From positions 106,082,001-106,146,000 of the forward strand of contig CM126210.1 in the NCBI GenBank assembly GCA_052327205.1: DNA of 64,000 bases, read 5' to 3'. The number at the start of each line of letters is the position of its first letter. Positions within the stretch are counted from its first letter, which is position 1. Below are positions 1 through 12,277 of the stretch, in pieces. The DNA is from Somniosus microcephalus (taxonomy: Eukaryota). The translations under genes were made by a program, and so were the position numbers. The notes below the pieces were generated by a model. That model was given only the letters and a program-made list of their open reading frames with translations, was not told the origin of the DNA and did no database searches.

Positions 1-935
1 TCTTAATCAATCTTTTGGTTATTTTTTGCTGTCTTTTGAAGACTTCCCAACCTTCTTTCTTCCCACTAGATTTGGCTACCTTTATATGCTACCTTGTTTT
101 TAGTCGAATACTATCCTTAATTACTTTACTTAGCTACGGATGGCTGTAATTTCTTTTACACCTTTTTTTCCTCAGTGGAATATTTTTTTTTTGAAAGTTG
201 TAAAATAACTCCTTAAAATGTACACCACTGCTCATGTACTGTATTACCCTTTAATCTATTTTCCCAGTCCACTCTAATCAATTCCGCTCTCATACCTTCA
301 TAGTCTCCTTTATTCAAGCTCAGTACGCTTGTTTGAGATCCAACCTTCTCACCCTCTAATTGAATATGGAATTCAACCATGTGATGGTCACTCATTCCAA
401 GGGGATCCTTTACTAGGACATTTTTAATTAATCCTGACTCATTACACAGAACCAAATCTAAGGTTGCTTGCCCCCTGGTCGGTTCAGTTACATACTGCTC
501 AAGAAACCCATCCCTAATACACTCAATGAACTCTTCCTCAAGGCTGCCCTGCCCAATTTGATTTGTCCAGTTAATATGATAGTTAAAATCCCCCATAATT
601 ATAGCTGTTCCCTTATTACAAGCCCCAACTATTTACTGATTAATACTCCATCCAACAGAGTTGCAACTATTAGGAGGCCTATAGACTATGCCCACTCGTG
701 TTTTTTCCCCTTATTATTCCTTATCTCCACCCAAACTGTTTCACTATCCTGATCCTTTGACCCAATATCATTTCTCTGTATTGCAGTGATTCCTTCCTTT
801 ATTAACATAGCCACCCCACCTCCCCTTCCTTCCTGCCTGTCCTTCCTGATTGTGAAATACCCTGGTATGTTTAATTCCCAGTCATGGTCACCCTGCAGCC
901 ATGTTTCTGTAATGGCCACAAGATCATACCCATAT
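1..935 (-). mobile_element. CR1-type LINE fragment, ORF2 AP-endonuclease region (frameshifted)
   Basis: ORFs 686-1039 (YDLVAITETW...RKDRQEGRGGGVA) and 213-596 (MGDFN..I.W...PTRGQATLDLV...SDHHMVEF) carry typical LINE APE motifs; runs off the window start. Confidence 0.9.
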
Positions 936-2210
936 GTCTGGTGACTGTGTGCCCTCAGAGGCAGGAGGCTCCTATGAGGAGTCGTCTTCTTCTTGCTCCT
1001 GGACAGCAGGGGTGGGGGATTTGCTCTCGATGGACCCAAGGAAGAATAAAGAGATTAGTTAGATATTTCATATGAAGAATGGGTACAGATACCATTATGC
1101 ACATGATGACCATTTACTGGATGCTGACATCAGTCCCCATATGAGTGACTGGTGTGTGCCATGTAGCTGTATGATATGTAATTCTGTCACCGGGTTGCTG
1201 AGATGTCCCCCTCTCTCCATCTCCCACCTCCAGCAGCTCAGCAACTCCAGATATTTCTAAAGCAGCCTCCTTTGCTGTTGTAAGGTTTGCAAATGAGGGA
1301 GGGCCACCACCAGTTCTCTCCCTCTTCCTCTTATTGTGGGCTCTCTTTTCCTGCAAGAAGGGAAAGAAGAGAAGGTTGAGTGAGATTGATGGAATGAGTG
1401 CAAGGAATGGATGGGTTAGATCTTTAGATCTTTATGATGGAGTGGGGTGCCAAAGCCAAGTGGCCTCCTTATGTGTTGTTAGTTGGTATGATTGCACTAG
1501 GATGAGGGTGAGTGTGAGGGGTGGCAAGTGAGACGGGGATGTTATAATGTAGATAGAGAGAGTGCAAGGTATGTTGGTGTGAGTAAGGATGTGCAGGAGT
1601 AGGGTTGGGAAGGCAGAGTGATGGGAATGCGATGAGAGGCACAGCAGGATGAAATTGAGTGTAGCTTTGCACTCACCTTCCCTGATCTAATGAGATCATT
1701 GAAACATTTGTGGCACTGCACCCAGGTCCTCCTGACCACACCCCTGCTGCTTACCTCCTCTGCAATCTCCAACCAGGCTCTTTTTGTCTCCTGGGGAGGT
1801 CTCTTCCACCCATTGGAAGGGAAGAGGACCTCCCTGTGTGCTCTGACTCCGTCCAGAAGCATATGGAGGACTTTGTCGGAGAACGTGGGTGCAGCCCTCT
1901 GCTTCTGTGCAGTCATTTACAAAGTGTTTGCAGCACTCCAATACTGTAGTGCACTGACAGCACTATCCTAGATGAACCTTTAAATGCAATGTGGCCATGG
2001 CTCCTTTAAATATCCCGGCTGAAAACGCGTCATCAATGACATCATCAGATCCGCACCATTTAATTTGGTCGGGTAACGTGCAGGGCGGGCTTAATAGGCC
2101 CAATTGACACAAAGTCGTTTTCTGGAGCGGGATGGAAACAGCAACAGGGTCCCAACCCGCCATGGCGACCGCCCGCACCCAACCCTCCCAGGTCAGGCAA
2201 ATTCCCGCCC
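936..2210 (-). mobile_element. Partial Harbinger transposon (Myb/SANT-gene end)
   Basis: Ends ...AAATTCCCGCCC|TAA at 2210; 1500-2210 closely resembles 15400-16101; contains Myb exons; other end not located. Confidence 0.75.
1191..1916 (-). pseudogene. Harbinger Myb/SANT-like DNA-binding gene, exons 1916-1677 and 1350-1191
   Basis: MTAQKQRAAPTFSD...AWLEIAEEV...RTWVQCHKCFNDL then EKRAHNKRKRERTGGGP; GTGAGT donor and TTGCAG acceptor; NAIF1/MSANTD-like pattern. Confidence 0.8.
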
Positions 2211-2713
2211 TAATGGTGCACATTTGTGCCTTAGCATTGCTTCACATCTACTGCAGCTGGGTGAGTTATCTTAGTCTGCTAAGTAGAGAGTTTTGTGAGG
2301 ATAAAACTGGCCAACAGTCATGCTGCCACTTGGTGCATTCCTAATTTTCTGCAGTCTTGAGGCTGGTCACAAAGTGGCTTTTATAACAATTATGGAGACA
2401 TAACTGTGTGAGTGCTGACCAAAAAGGAAGAAAGAACTTGCATTTATATGGCACCATTCATTACCTCAGTATGTCCAAAAGCATTTTGCAGCCAATTAAT
2501 TACTTTTTGAAGTATATTCACTGTTGCAATGTAGGGAAATATGGCAGCTCATTTGCGCACAGCAAGATAAATGACCAGATTATCTGTTTTAGTGGTGTTG
2601 GTTGAGGGATAAATGTTAGCTAGGACAGCAGGAGAACTACACTATTCTTCTTCGAAAAGTGCCATAGGATCTTTTACATCCAGCTTAGAGGGCAGACAGG
2701 GCCCTGGTTTAAT

Positions 2714-3476
2714 GGGCCAGAACTTCGGGTCCCCACGGGTGAGTACGCGCTGGGTACTCACACGTAGGCCCAACAAAAGTGCCAGTTTCGTGCATGCACT
2801 GCGCATGCGTGGGAAACCGGAACATCCGTTCCCTTAAAGGAAGGTGTTCACAGGTCGAACGCGTGCACCGGAGAGGCAGCGCGTACGCCTGGAACTTCCG
2901 TTTTTTTTGCAGGTTTCTCCGGGAGGGTAAGTCTCTAGCAGCTACACTTTTAAAAAGCAGTTGCAAGGCCTGCTTTTAACAAGGTAAGTGGTGAATTAAG
3001 TAAAATTAAAACATTTTTACCACAGGGTTATTATTTTTAAATACTTTAAAGAAAGGTAAGTTTATTTTTAGCCCCGTTAGAAACTGTGGTTAATTTTTTC
3101 AAAAATTTTAATTATTGTTTAAAATAGTTCTTTTATGTAATTTATAGTTATTTTAAAAATGTGATTTAAAAAAAAATTTATTTGAAGTTTTAGTTATGTT
3201 TTGGGGCTGAATTGCATTCATAGATTTGACAGCTCTTCCTGTCAAATCTATGAATACAGATTCCCTGCTACCATTGGCTCTCCATGGCCCACGTGACCCC
3301 AGGGGACGCTTCGAACTAACTGCGCCCCTGTGATACGCAAGCACTGCACGCCGGCAGTTGGAGGAGGCCCAGGATCGGAATCCCACGCAGGCCCACAGCA
3401 CAGCGGCCGGCGCACTAGGTAAGTGCAGGTCGGAGGCTTGCACCCGCTGGAAGCCTCTGACCCGAATTTCTGGGCC
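2714..3476. mobile_element. Harbinger-type MITE, family B (GC-rich arms, AT-rich core)
   Basis: Imperfect 18-bp TIR GGGCCAGAACTTCGGGTC / GACCCGAATTTCTGGGCC; AAT duplication; related to 10246-11005. Confidence 0.8.
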
Positions 3477-3586
3477 AATATCTCATCCAAAAGACAGCAC
3501 CTCTAGCATTGCAGCACTCCCTCTACTGCACTTAAAGACAGCACCTCTAGCATTGCAGGACTGCCTCTACTGCACTTAAAGACAGC

Positions 3587-4279
3587 GGCCTAGAAATTGA
3601 GTTTTGGCGCAGCCAGGGCTTTAGCGCCGGAAGTTAGTGCCGGCGCTAAGTCCCCCTGCGCGCGCCAAAAATTCAGTAGCGCCGCGCCCAAACGGCTGCC
3701 GGCGCTACTGGAGGGTTTCAGCGCCTCCCAATGGGCGCTAACTGCCCCATTGCGGCGCTGTTCCGGCGCTGCGGCACCCGATGCGGTGCGGCAGGCTGGG
3801 GGCGTGCAGGCCTCCTCCTCCCGTTAAGGAGGAGCTGCCTGCACCCGGCCGCGGCCCGCGCAAATCAGCTTAAAAATGAGCCCGGCACCTCGGACAAGTG
3901 CCGGGCTTGCATCTGTTCCGGGGGGGGGGGGGGGGGGGGGAGAAGTCCGGGGAGGGAGCTGCGGGCAGGCGGCCGGCGGGAAAGTGGCCGGCCGCCGCGG
4001 GGCCTTTAATGCGCCGGCGCAAACTGGAGTAAGGCACCTCTGACAGAACGTTGCTTGCGGCTGCCACGGGCGAGGCGGTCGCAACTCAATTTCGGAGTTC
4101 GGGCGGGTTACCACGGCAACCGGGACGCTGCGCACACCGATGACGTCATCGGTGCCGGCGCAGCGCTACTGGTGCAATGCCGATTTAGGGCCCCAGGGAA
4201 TTTTTAAACTGGCCATAACTCTGGCGCTAGTCCCTCTAGCGCCTCAAAAGCGGCGCTAAGGCAACTCAATTTCTAGGCC
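3587..4279 (+). mobile_element. Harbinger-type MITE, family A, copy 1
   Basis: TIR GGCCTAGAAATTGAG / CTCAATTTCTAGGCC; AGC duplication; CpG-rich. Confidence 0.9.
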
Positions 4280-4326
4280 AGCACCTCTAGCATTGCAGCA
4301 CTCCCTCTACTGCATTTAAAGACAGC

Positions 4327-5023
4327 GGCCTAGAAATTGGGTTCTGGTCTTGCCAGGGCTGTAGCGCCAGAAAGTTTGCGCCAGCGGTAATGCGGCAGCG
4401 CCTGACGAAAATTCGGGTGCGCCGGGCCCAGACGGCGGCGGGCGCTAAAACCCTCCTTTAGCGCCTCAAAACGGGCGTGAACTTGGGTTTCCCGGCGCTA
4501 ATCCCCCGCTGCGGCACCCGATGCGGTGCGGCAGGCGGGGGAACTGCAGGCCTCCTCCTCCTGTTAAGGAGGAGCTGCCTGCAGCCGACAACTGTCCGGC
4601 GGATTGACCCGACATCTGAGCCCGGCACCTCGGGGAAGTGCCGGGCTCGCATGAGACACTGATCAGGGCCGCGGGGGGGGAATGCAGGAGTCCGGGAAGG
4701 GAGGTGCGGGCAGGCGGCCGCCGGGAACGCGGCCGGCCGCCGCTCCACCTTTATGCGCCGGCGCACACTGGGGGAAGACTCTGTTGCCAGAGTCTTAGTT
4801 GCGCCTGCCACGGGCGAGGCGGGCGCAACTGAATTTCGGCTTGGGGCCGGGTTACCACGGCAACCGGGACGCTGCGCACACCGATGACGTCATTGGTGCC
4901 GGCGCAGCGCTACCGGTATACCGCCGCGGAAGGGCCCCAGGCAATTTAGGAACCGGCGCCAATTGCAGCGCTAGGCCCTCTAGCGCCGCAAAATCGGTGC
5001 TAAGGGCACTGAATTTCTAGGCC
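4327..5023 (+). mobile_element. Harbinger-type MITE, family A, copy 2
   Basis: TIR GGCCTAGAAATT / AATTTCTAGGCC; AGC duplication; colinear with copy 1 but diverged. Confidence 0.9.
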
Positions 5024-6172
5024 AGCACCTCTAGCATTGCAGGACTGCCTCTACTGCACTTAGACAGCACCTCCAGCATTGCAGCACTCCCTCTACTGCA
5101 CTTAAGTCTAAGCCTAGATTATGTGTAGACGTCTCTCGAGTGAGGCTTGAGCTCACAACCTTCTGACTCAGAGGCAAGAGCGCTACTACTGAACCAAAGC
5201 TGACATCAGAGAGTGGTACACCTGAAAGTAGGAAGTAAATAAGAAATTTTAAAGCAATATATTACAGAATGTTTCATTCTTAGCCTTAGCCAGATTGCCC
5301 CTGTTCAGGTTAATTACAGTTGTTGAAAGCTCCTGCTGCTGTAGATGAGTTCACCTGTGGCTACATTTTAATTTCCCCAATGCAGTAACATTTTATTGAA
5401 TGAAAAAGATATTTTAAGTTTTCATTGTGATGTGTTCTGTTTCCTCTGGCTTTGCATCATAGTAATATTTCACTTCTTCTCTACAGAATAGTGTACAATC
5501 TCCAGTACTGTATTAAAAATGAAGTAAAGTTCTTTAAAAAATATTTCAGACAATGCCTGTAGGCTGTGAAGCAGTCCTGTAGAAGACTGCAGTAATACTA
5601 ATTGAAGCATATTACTTCTGTCACTTTAACTCATTTGTCATTTAAGAGTGAGATAGAATGGTTAGACCAGTGCAGTACTTCGCTGTATCTGTTCCAGATT
5701 ACATTTCACACTTGTTGTAGATATACAGTATCCAAAATCATTTCGGCTAAAATTTCATCTGTTTATATTCTATTGTTAAATGGAAATGAAACATTTCTGT
5801 TACATAATAAAAGCATGTTGAAAGAGATTACATAATAAGCTTTGTTTATCTTTATTTATCACATCTTTTAAGTAGTAAGCATGCCAAACTAATATATTTT
5901 CCATTTTGGACCTGTTTTTACTGTTGACAAGCATTGTAGAATGCCCTTTAAGGTGTCCAAATTTGATGTCTTGGGCTACATAGGTGCATTGGGTGCCACA
6001 TATGAAATTTAAATCCATGTTACCATTAATTTGCATGTATCTTAAGTTTCTGATACTGGCAGGCCTTGGTGTTCTGATTGGAATGTATTCACCAATGAAG
6101 CAGCAGCACTAAAAGCAGCCCTTTCCAAATCTCCAGGCCCACAAAATTTGAACAGGATAAATTGCAAATAAA

Positions 6173-6861
6173 GGCCTAGAAATTCATTAAGGCGCTGCCA
6201 GCTTTGCACCCAGTTAACGCCTAAAGGGTGATTTTGCGCCAAAAATGAGTTTGCGCAGATATTCAGCGCAGCGGTATTGGCGGCGGTAGCCGTTAGCGCT
6301 GCGCCGGAACCGATGACGTCATCGGTGTGCGCAGTGCCCCGGTTCCGCCCCGAAACCGTGCCGATCCCCATGTTTAGTTGCGGCCGCCTCCTCCGAAGCG
6401 GCCGCAAACAGTGACCAGAAAACGGGGCCGTCCTGCTGCCTTAGTGGGGCCGGCCGCTTTTGCGGCGGCCGCCTGCCCGCACCTCCTTCCCCGGCCTCCT
6501 CCACCCGCCCCCCCGCGGCATTGCCGGCTGCTTTCCGCGAGCCCGGCACTTCTCCGTGGTGCCGGGCTCATTTGCCGGCACTATCCAGTGGCGATCTCCC
6601 CGTTGCAGGCAGCTCCCCCTTAAGAGAAGGAGGAGGCCTGCAGTACCGCAGCCTGCCGCTGCGCAGCGCCTGGCGCAGCGGCGCCAAGAGTGCTGATATT
6701 CAGTGTCAGCGCACCAAGCGGAGGCGGGCACACCCTGGTATAGCGCCCGCTTCCGAATTGGGGCGCTAACAATGAATATCTGATGATCGCTATAGGCTTC
6801 CCGCCCAGCGCTAACTTTTGGGCGCTAGGCAGCTGGCGGGGCCATAGTGAATTTCTAGGCC
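6173..6861 (-). mobile_element. Harbinger-type MITE, family A, copy 3 (reverse orientation)
   Basis: TIR GGCCTAGAAATTCA / TGAATTTCTAGGCC; AAA duplication; same internal palindromes. Confidence 0.9.
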
Positions 6862-7067
6862 AAAACGTCTAAGCATAAATAGGACTGTATTGCCTGGGTT
6901 TTGAGGGTAGATTACTTACTAGGGCCGGTGGGAGGTGGTGTGTCTGCATGTGGCCCCACAGCTGCAGGTTGGACACCACTGCTTTAAGGGTATGTCCCTT
7001 GTAAGTAAAGCATTCCAGTTAAACAGTCAATCTCATTAATACACAAAACAGGATAAAAACCATCCGG

Positions 7068-7380
7068 GTTGGAATATTCACCACTCGCCAGGATAGGGGT
7101 GGTCACAACAATGCTCAAAAAAGTTCAACACTACCCAAGACAGAGCAATTTGGTTGACCTACATCCTGCCAATGGAATCAATATCCGCCTCCTCCATCAT
7201 CAGCACACCGTGCCTGCAATATGTACAGTCTACAGAATGCACTGCAGCAACTTGCCATGATTACTTCGACAGCACTTCTCTCCCCTGAGACCTCTACCAT
7301 CAAGAAGGATGAGAGCAGCTACATCACAAGAACACCATCACCTCTAATTTCCCCACCATCCAGACTTAAACATATACCAA
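7068..7380 (+). mobile_element. Degraded LINE 3' fragment (CR1/L2 group)
   Basis: EYSPLA...TT.LKK... and LHHQHTV.A.CTVYRMHC resemble the post-RT C-terminus of CR1/L2-group ORF2. Confidence 0.55.
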
Positions 7381-7471
7381 GAACAAATTTTAAAAATTAA
7401 CTGCGTATGAAAACTGCCACCTGTTGACTGTACTGTATATGAGTTAATGTAGTCCAGGCAGCATGTTGCTT

Positions 7472-9558
7472 AAATAACAACAGAAAATGCTGGAAATACT
7501 CAGCAGGCCAGGCAGCATCCGTGGAGAGAGAAACAGAGTTATCATCAGGGTCCCAGACCTGAAACATTGGGGTCAATTTTCTGGCCGCCGTTGGGCAGCT
7601 TTTCATGCGGCCGGGGGCCGAAAATCGGCGAAAAAGCGGGCCAGGACCCCCCCCCCGCCAGCCTGATTCTCCGCCCCATCCGACTTTCGGACCGCTGTTT
7701 CCCCGCGACCTGCTTCAGTCCCGGCCGCCGCTGGCGGGACTGGTCGTCGGAGCACTAACAAGCAATTATCAGCTTGTTGAGGTAGTTTTTCCGGGGCCGT
7801 TGCAACTTTGGGGCTTTCCCCACATCAAACCCGCCTGCGGGGAACCCCGCTGCTGAGACCTGGCGTGAAGCTTGCCGGTTTGCTTGCTGTCAGCTGCAGG
7901 TCAATCGGAGAAGCTGCGATTTAAAGGGACAGCACTTGTATGTTGAAGGACCTTGTTGTTGCAGGTTTGGGGCTACTTCTTCAAAGCTTAGGCACAGCTG
8001 TGGAAGGTTGCAGCCTCACACACTTCTCCAATGCAATCTCCTGGGAAGCCCCTCTCGCCACCCTCACTCAGCGCTTCCTCAGCGGAGGCATCTACGAGAA
8101 GCATGGAACACCTTTATTTCCTTCCCTTCTTGCCATTAGAGGATCTTCAGCAGCAGAGGCGGCAGCAGCAGAACCAGGAACAGCAGGATCAGCAACAGGA
8201 GAATCAGGCTGCTGCTCACTCACCTGAAGCTGCACAAGCCAGAAGGGGCCAGCGCTTGGAAGTGACTTGAGAGCACCTTGCTGCGCTTTAGGGGGCCATG
8301 GGGATCAGTATCTGCACTGGCAGTCTACTCAGAAGGACTTCCATGAAGGTCTGGTTTCTCTGTTCAATAGATGGCCAACGCTCCTCCAGAGATGTCATTC
8401 TCTTATGAGCACTCACCATGTTTTCCGTACCCTGGCGAGTTATCTCCTCCATGGAGGTTGCTAACCTTTCCATGGTGATGCGTTCATGCGCCAATGACTC
8501 CACAAAGGCTCTGCTCATGGTCGCTATGGACTCCTCCATTCGCTCCACACTCGCAGCGACCCTGGAGACAAAACCTGCCAGAGACTCCTGCATCTATGCA
8601 TGGAGATCCATCACCTCTTCTCTTGCGGATGGACCCAGAGGCAGAGGGTCGACATGCAGCGCAGCTGAGCTGAGCTGGCAGAGTCCTGCACCCTCCGACG
8701 AGGACACTCCACTGCTGTCCCTGTCTCCAGAATCTGCTGAGGCTCACTTGTGAGCTGTGAAACACCAGGTGACAACACTACTCTATGTCCCGAAGGTCCC
8801 CCCGAGGTGTGAGTGTCTGCGCTGGTGCTGGGTGCACTTACTTCTGCTGACGCTGCGCTCTCAGAGGTTGGAGCTTCCTCTGAGGAGTCTGGCTGCACAG
8901 CCTCTTCCTCCTCCACAGTGAGGACGGGGGCTCTGGCTGGTACTGTGGGGGAGTTAAGGAAGGAGTTAGAGATGTAATGCCAAGGTTCTTCTGGTGACTC
9001 CCAGCGAGTTGGCATCTGCTGACACCTGCATCCATGCAGCATTGGTCTCAGTGGGAGGCCTCTTCCTCCCTGACCTAGGGAAGAGGACCTCCCTGTGGGC
9101 CCTAACCCCATCCAATAATGCCTGCAGTGAAGCCTCGTCAAATTTGAAGGCAGCTCGGCCTCTGCCGCTGGCAGCAGCTGGTGCAGGCTCCTCTGCAATT
9201 GTGCAAGAGTGGCTGAGAAGCCTGCAGAGGTGGAGAAGCTTGCTGGACACTTTGAAAGCACCACGAATGATGACATCATACTGTGGGGATTTCTGACTCG
9301 AATTGGACAATTAGCAAGGCTTCCCACATGCTGGGAATTAATTGGCCACTTGAGGGAAAATTGCGTGGAGCTGGCTGACACTTTTTTATGTGTGTCAGAA
9401 ACCCCACATTCGGGGAAACCTGACCATTTCCCACACAAGCCGAAAATTGGGGCTATTAACTCTGTTTCTCTCTCCATGGATGCTGCCTGGCCTGCTGAGT
9501 ATTTCCAGCATTTTCTGTTGTTATTTCAGATTTTCGGCATCCGCAGTATTTTGCTATT
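7472..9558. mobile_element. Short foldback element (Penelope-like terminal repeat with inversion), split by a Harbinger insertion
   Basis: 69-bp inverted repeat, 7472-7540 vs 9458-9526, one mismatch; GGGTC..GACCT-GAAAC in the loop; Penelope assignment is inference. Confidence 0.55.
7569..9454 (+). mobile_element. Non-autonomous Harbinger deletion derivative
   Basis: ATT duplication; starts GGGGTCAATTTTC, right TIR degenerate; Q-rich transposase N-terminus (8103-8255) joined to Myb-gene remnants on the minus strand; homologous to 48296-52553. Confidence 0.85.
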
Positions 9559-10245
9559 GTAGCATGTTGCTTAAGCCTGTTTTGAAATTATATTGCAACT
9601 TTCAAAATATTCAGAATTGTAATAATGTATCAGCCATAAGTGATACTCTTGTTTATTTTGAATGTTTGATATTTTAACAGAACTCTGAGAAGCCAAAGGA
9701 CTATGGACATTTTATTTATATGGAAACTGAAAGTTGCAAACATGTTTATTTTTAAGTCAACATGCTTATGTATTATTAACCATTGAAATATTGCTACCTT
9801 TTTGAAATTGCTGAAAAATAGTTTCAATTTTGTTGTGGTATCTTTATTGTCCAATGTTTCAACTTCAGAAGAAATAAACTACTTTAAGCAATTTTTTCAC
9901 TTTATACTTTACAACAACCAAAATGACTGAGGCTGGCAGAATTCACCTTCTAGGACACCCTAAGTTAAAATGTCTGTTGGTTATGAATTTTAGTTTCTCT
10001 TTTATGAGTCCAGCATGCTTGGATAACCAGTGCATCATCACTAAAAACATTTTTTGATTTACAGTGATTTTAATTCTAGGTTCCTTTCAAAGTAAAATGG
10101 ACAAGTCCATTCTTGTTCATTTTGTTTAATTTTGACTAAGTATGAATGTTTTGTTTAGCACTATAGCATAACATTTCATGATTTATATTGCAGTGTTTGA
10201 TTTTGAAGTTCTGAGGTTTAATTCAATGTGGCATAAAAGAACATT

Positions 10246-11005
10246 GGGCCGTATATTCCAATCCCTACGGGTGCGTACGGGCTGTGTACACACCCGTAGG
10301 GCCATCGGAAGTGCCGGTTTCAGGCATGCCAAGCGCATGCGCTGAAAACCAGCATTTCCGATCTGTCAAGAATGCTCTTGATAGATTGGACGCCTGCCCT
10401 GGAGAAGGGCCTCTGCGGGCGGATAGTTCCGCTTTCTGCAGAACCTCCGCCCACAGAAAACCCTTAGAAATCTTACGCCTGGTAAAAGCAGGCGTAAGGC
10501 CTGCTTTTACCAGCATAAGATTTGAAAAAAGTAAAAAAAAAAAAAAAAATTTCTCTCATTTATCATTTAAAAATACTTTAAAAAAGCTAAGTTTATTTTT
10601 AGCCCGGAAAAAACTTTAATTATTTTTTTCAAAAAATTAAACTTTTGTTTGAAATAATTAATTTATTGTAATTTCAACTAATTTTAAAAAGGTGATTTAA
10701 AAAAATATTTATTTAATGTTTTACAGTGTTTTTGGGATGATCTCCATTCATATATTTGATAGGTCTATCTGTCAAGTGTATGAAGGGCGATTCCCTTCTT
10801 TGATTGGCTCCCCATGGCCCACGTGATCCCAGGGACGCTTGCGAACTGCCTGCGCCCCTGGGATACCTGGGCCCTGCACATTTCGAGTTGGAGAGGCCCA
10901 GGAGCAGAAATGTCCGGACCTCAGGAGCCCTCTGGTAAGTCTGTAGATTTTTTCCAGATCGGAGGCCTCCGCACACGGGAAGCCTCCGATCGGAAAATAC
11001 GGCCC
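10246..11005. mobile_element. Harbinger-type MITE, family B
   Basis: TIR GGGCCGTATATTCC / GGAAAATACGGCCC; ATT/AAT flanks; colinear with 2714-3476. Confidence 0.8.
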
Positions 11006-11023
11006 AATGTTAAAACCTGGTAC

Positions 11024-11324
11024 TGCCTACCAGTAAGAGAAATTTTACAGCATCAACTTTTGTATTGCGTTCTGTTGAAAAAAAACCTTCCAAAGTCAGT
11101 GCACTGAATTTACGTTTATACTATACAATTATACAAGCCATTATTCTCATATCTAAGCCATTTTGTGAATGATTTTCCAAACCTATATCAACTAATTTTC
11201 ATTATTTTTTAGAATGGGGTGAGAAATTTAAATGAACAGCACTCATTTTCTCACCTTAGAAGGATTTTTCTAACAGAATGTAATACATTTATTGACGCTA
11301 TAAAATATCTCTTACTGGTAGGCA
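11024..11324. repeat. 33-bp inverted repeat pair (probable old MITE)
   Basis: TGCCTACCAGTAAGAGAAATTTTACAGCATCAA (11024-11056) vs its reverse complement at 11292-11324, 3 mismatches. Confidence 0.7.
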
Positions 11325-12277
11325 TTGAAGGAAACTGTTAAAAGCACCAGAAGAATACTGAAGCGAAATCTTGTGCTTAGGTTAAAGTTTGATTATCTCA
11401 GTGTTACTGCTAAATAAAAAGTGAAACATTCCTCCTGATAATTTTAGCGAAAAAACTCGGCATGAGTTTTAAACGGGTTTTCCTAGTTTCACACTAACAC
11501 AGCTATTATCAACAGGAGGAATTTCACCCCATAAATATTGATGACCTCGTCTGAATTAGGCTGTAAGGGAATGTACAGCTTGTATTATATGAGAAAAGCT
11601 TTAGATAGTGCATGGTAAGATTTGACATCTACATAATAAAATTACAATCAGATTAATTTTGCATTCAACTAAATGGAATTTAAAGAAAAATGTTTTATTG
11701 AAAGAAATTTAGAAGTAGCATTTTGGAAAACATAAGCAGTTGCTTATCTTTACCAACTGTAATGTTTTTGTTTTACTTTTCTTAGAGATCAAACTCAGTT
11801 CTAAAATTTATGATAGCATATCACATGAATCTTAATAATGGTTTTATGTGGGAAAATACATTATCATTTGCCTAATAATGAATTGACTTTGAGAAAGCTA
11901 TATTAAACTATCAGGGTGGATTCGCTGATTGCGTGCAGTGGTAGCGCTCACACTGATTTGGTGAGGGTGGGGGGGACATGAGTCAGAGAATTGGGTAAAC
12001 AGCTTGTTTTGTACCTCTTGCGCAGAAAGTGCAATTTGTTTGCCCGGTTCATACACCGAGAAGTAGCGAGTTACAGCTTAGGTGGACTGCCTGCACCCAG
12101 CCTTACTCAAGTAGCCATATCTACAGGCCCAACAGCTACCTGGATATATTCCATGAGACTTGCCTTTGCTGCCTATTTTTAAAATGGTTGAGGAAATAAT
12201 AATTCCTTCAAATTTGATATAATTTGTTCTTTGTGTATCTGTACAAAAACTTTTATAAGGAAGATAAAAAGGAAAAA

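Larger units (their letters stand above)
3497..5105 (+). repeat. About 44-bp minisatellite, 5 units, amplified from the SINE body and interrupted by two MITEs
   Basis: GCACCTCTAGCATTGCAG(CACTCC/GACTGC)CTCTACTGCACTTAAAGACA at 3497, 3541, 4281, 5025 and about 5067. Confidence 0.9.
2428..5207 (-). mobile_element. tRNA-derived Deu-domain SINE (SacSINE1-like), split by three MITEs
   Basis: tRNA-like head on the minus strand at about 5140-5207; tail region ending ...ATATAAATGCAAGTTCTT near 2430; sequence is continuous once the MITEs are removed; family name from recognition. Confidence 0.75.

Noticed and set aside
3497-5105. Repeat-spacer-repeat layout resembling a CRISPR array
   Set aside because: The spacers are 700-bp TIR elements, the repeats derive from a SINE, there are no cas genes, and the DNA is eukaryotic.
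5140-5207. tRNA gene
   Set aside because: It is the degenerate tRNA-derived head of a SINE, not a complete cloverleaf.
3597-6769. Short Arg/Ala/Pro-rich ORFs in GC-rich MITEs
   Set aside because: Frames are not conserved among the four copies; they are a GC-content artefact.
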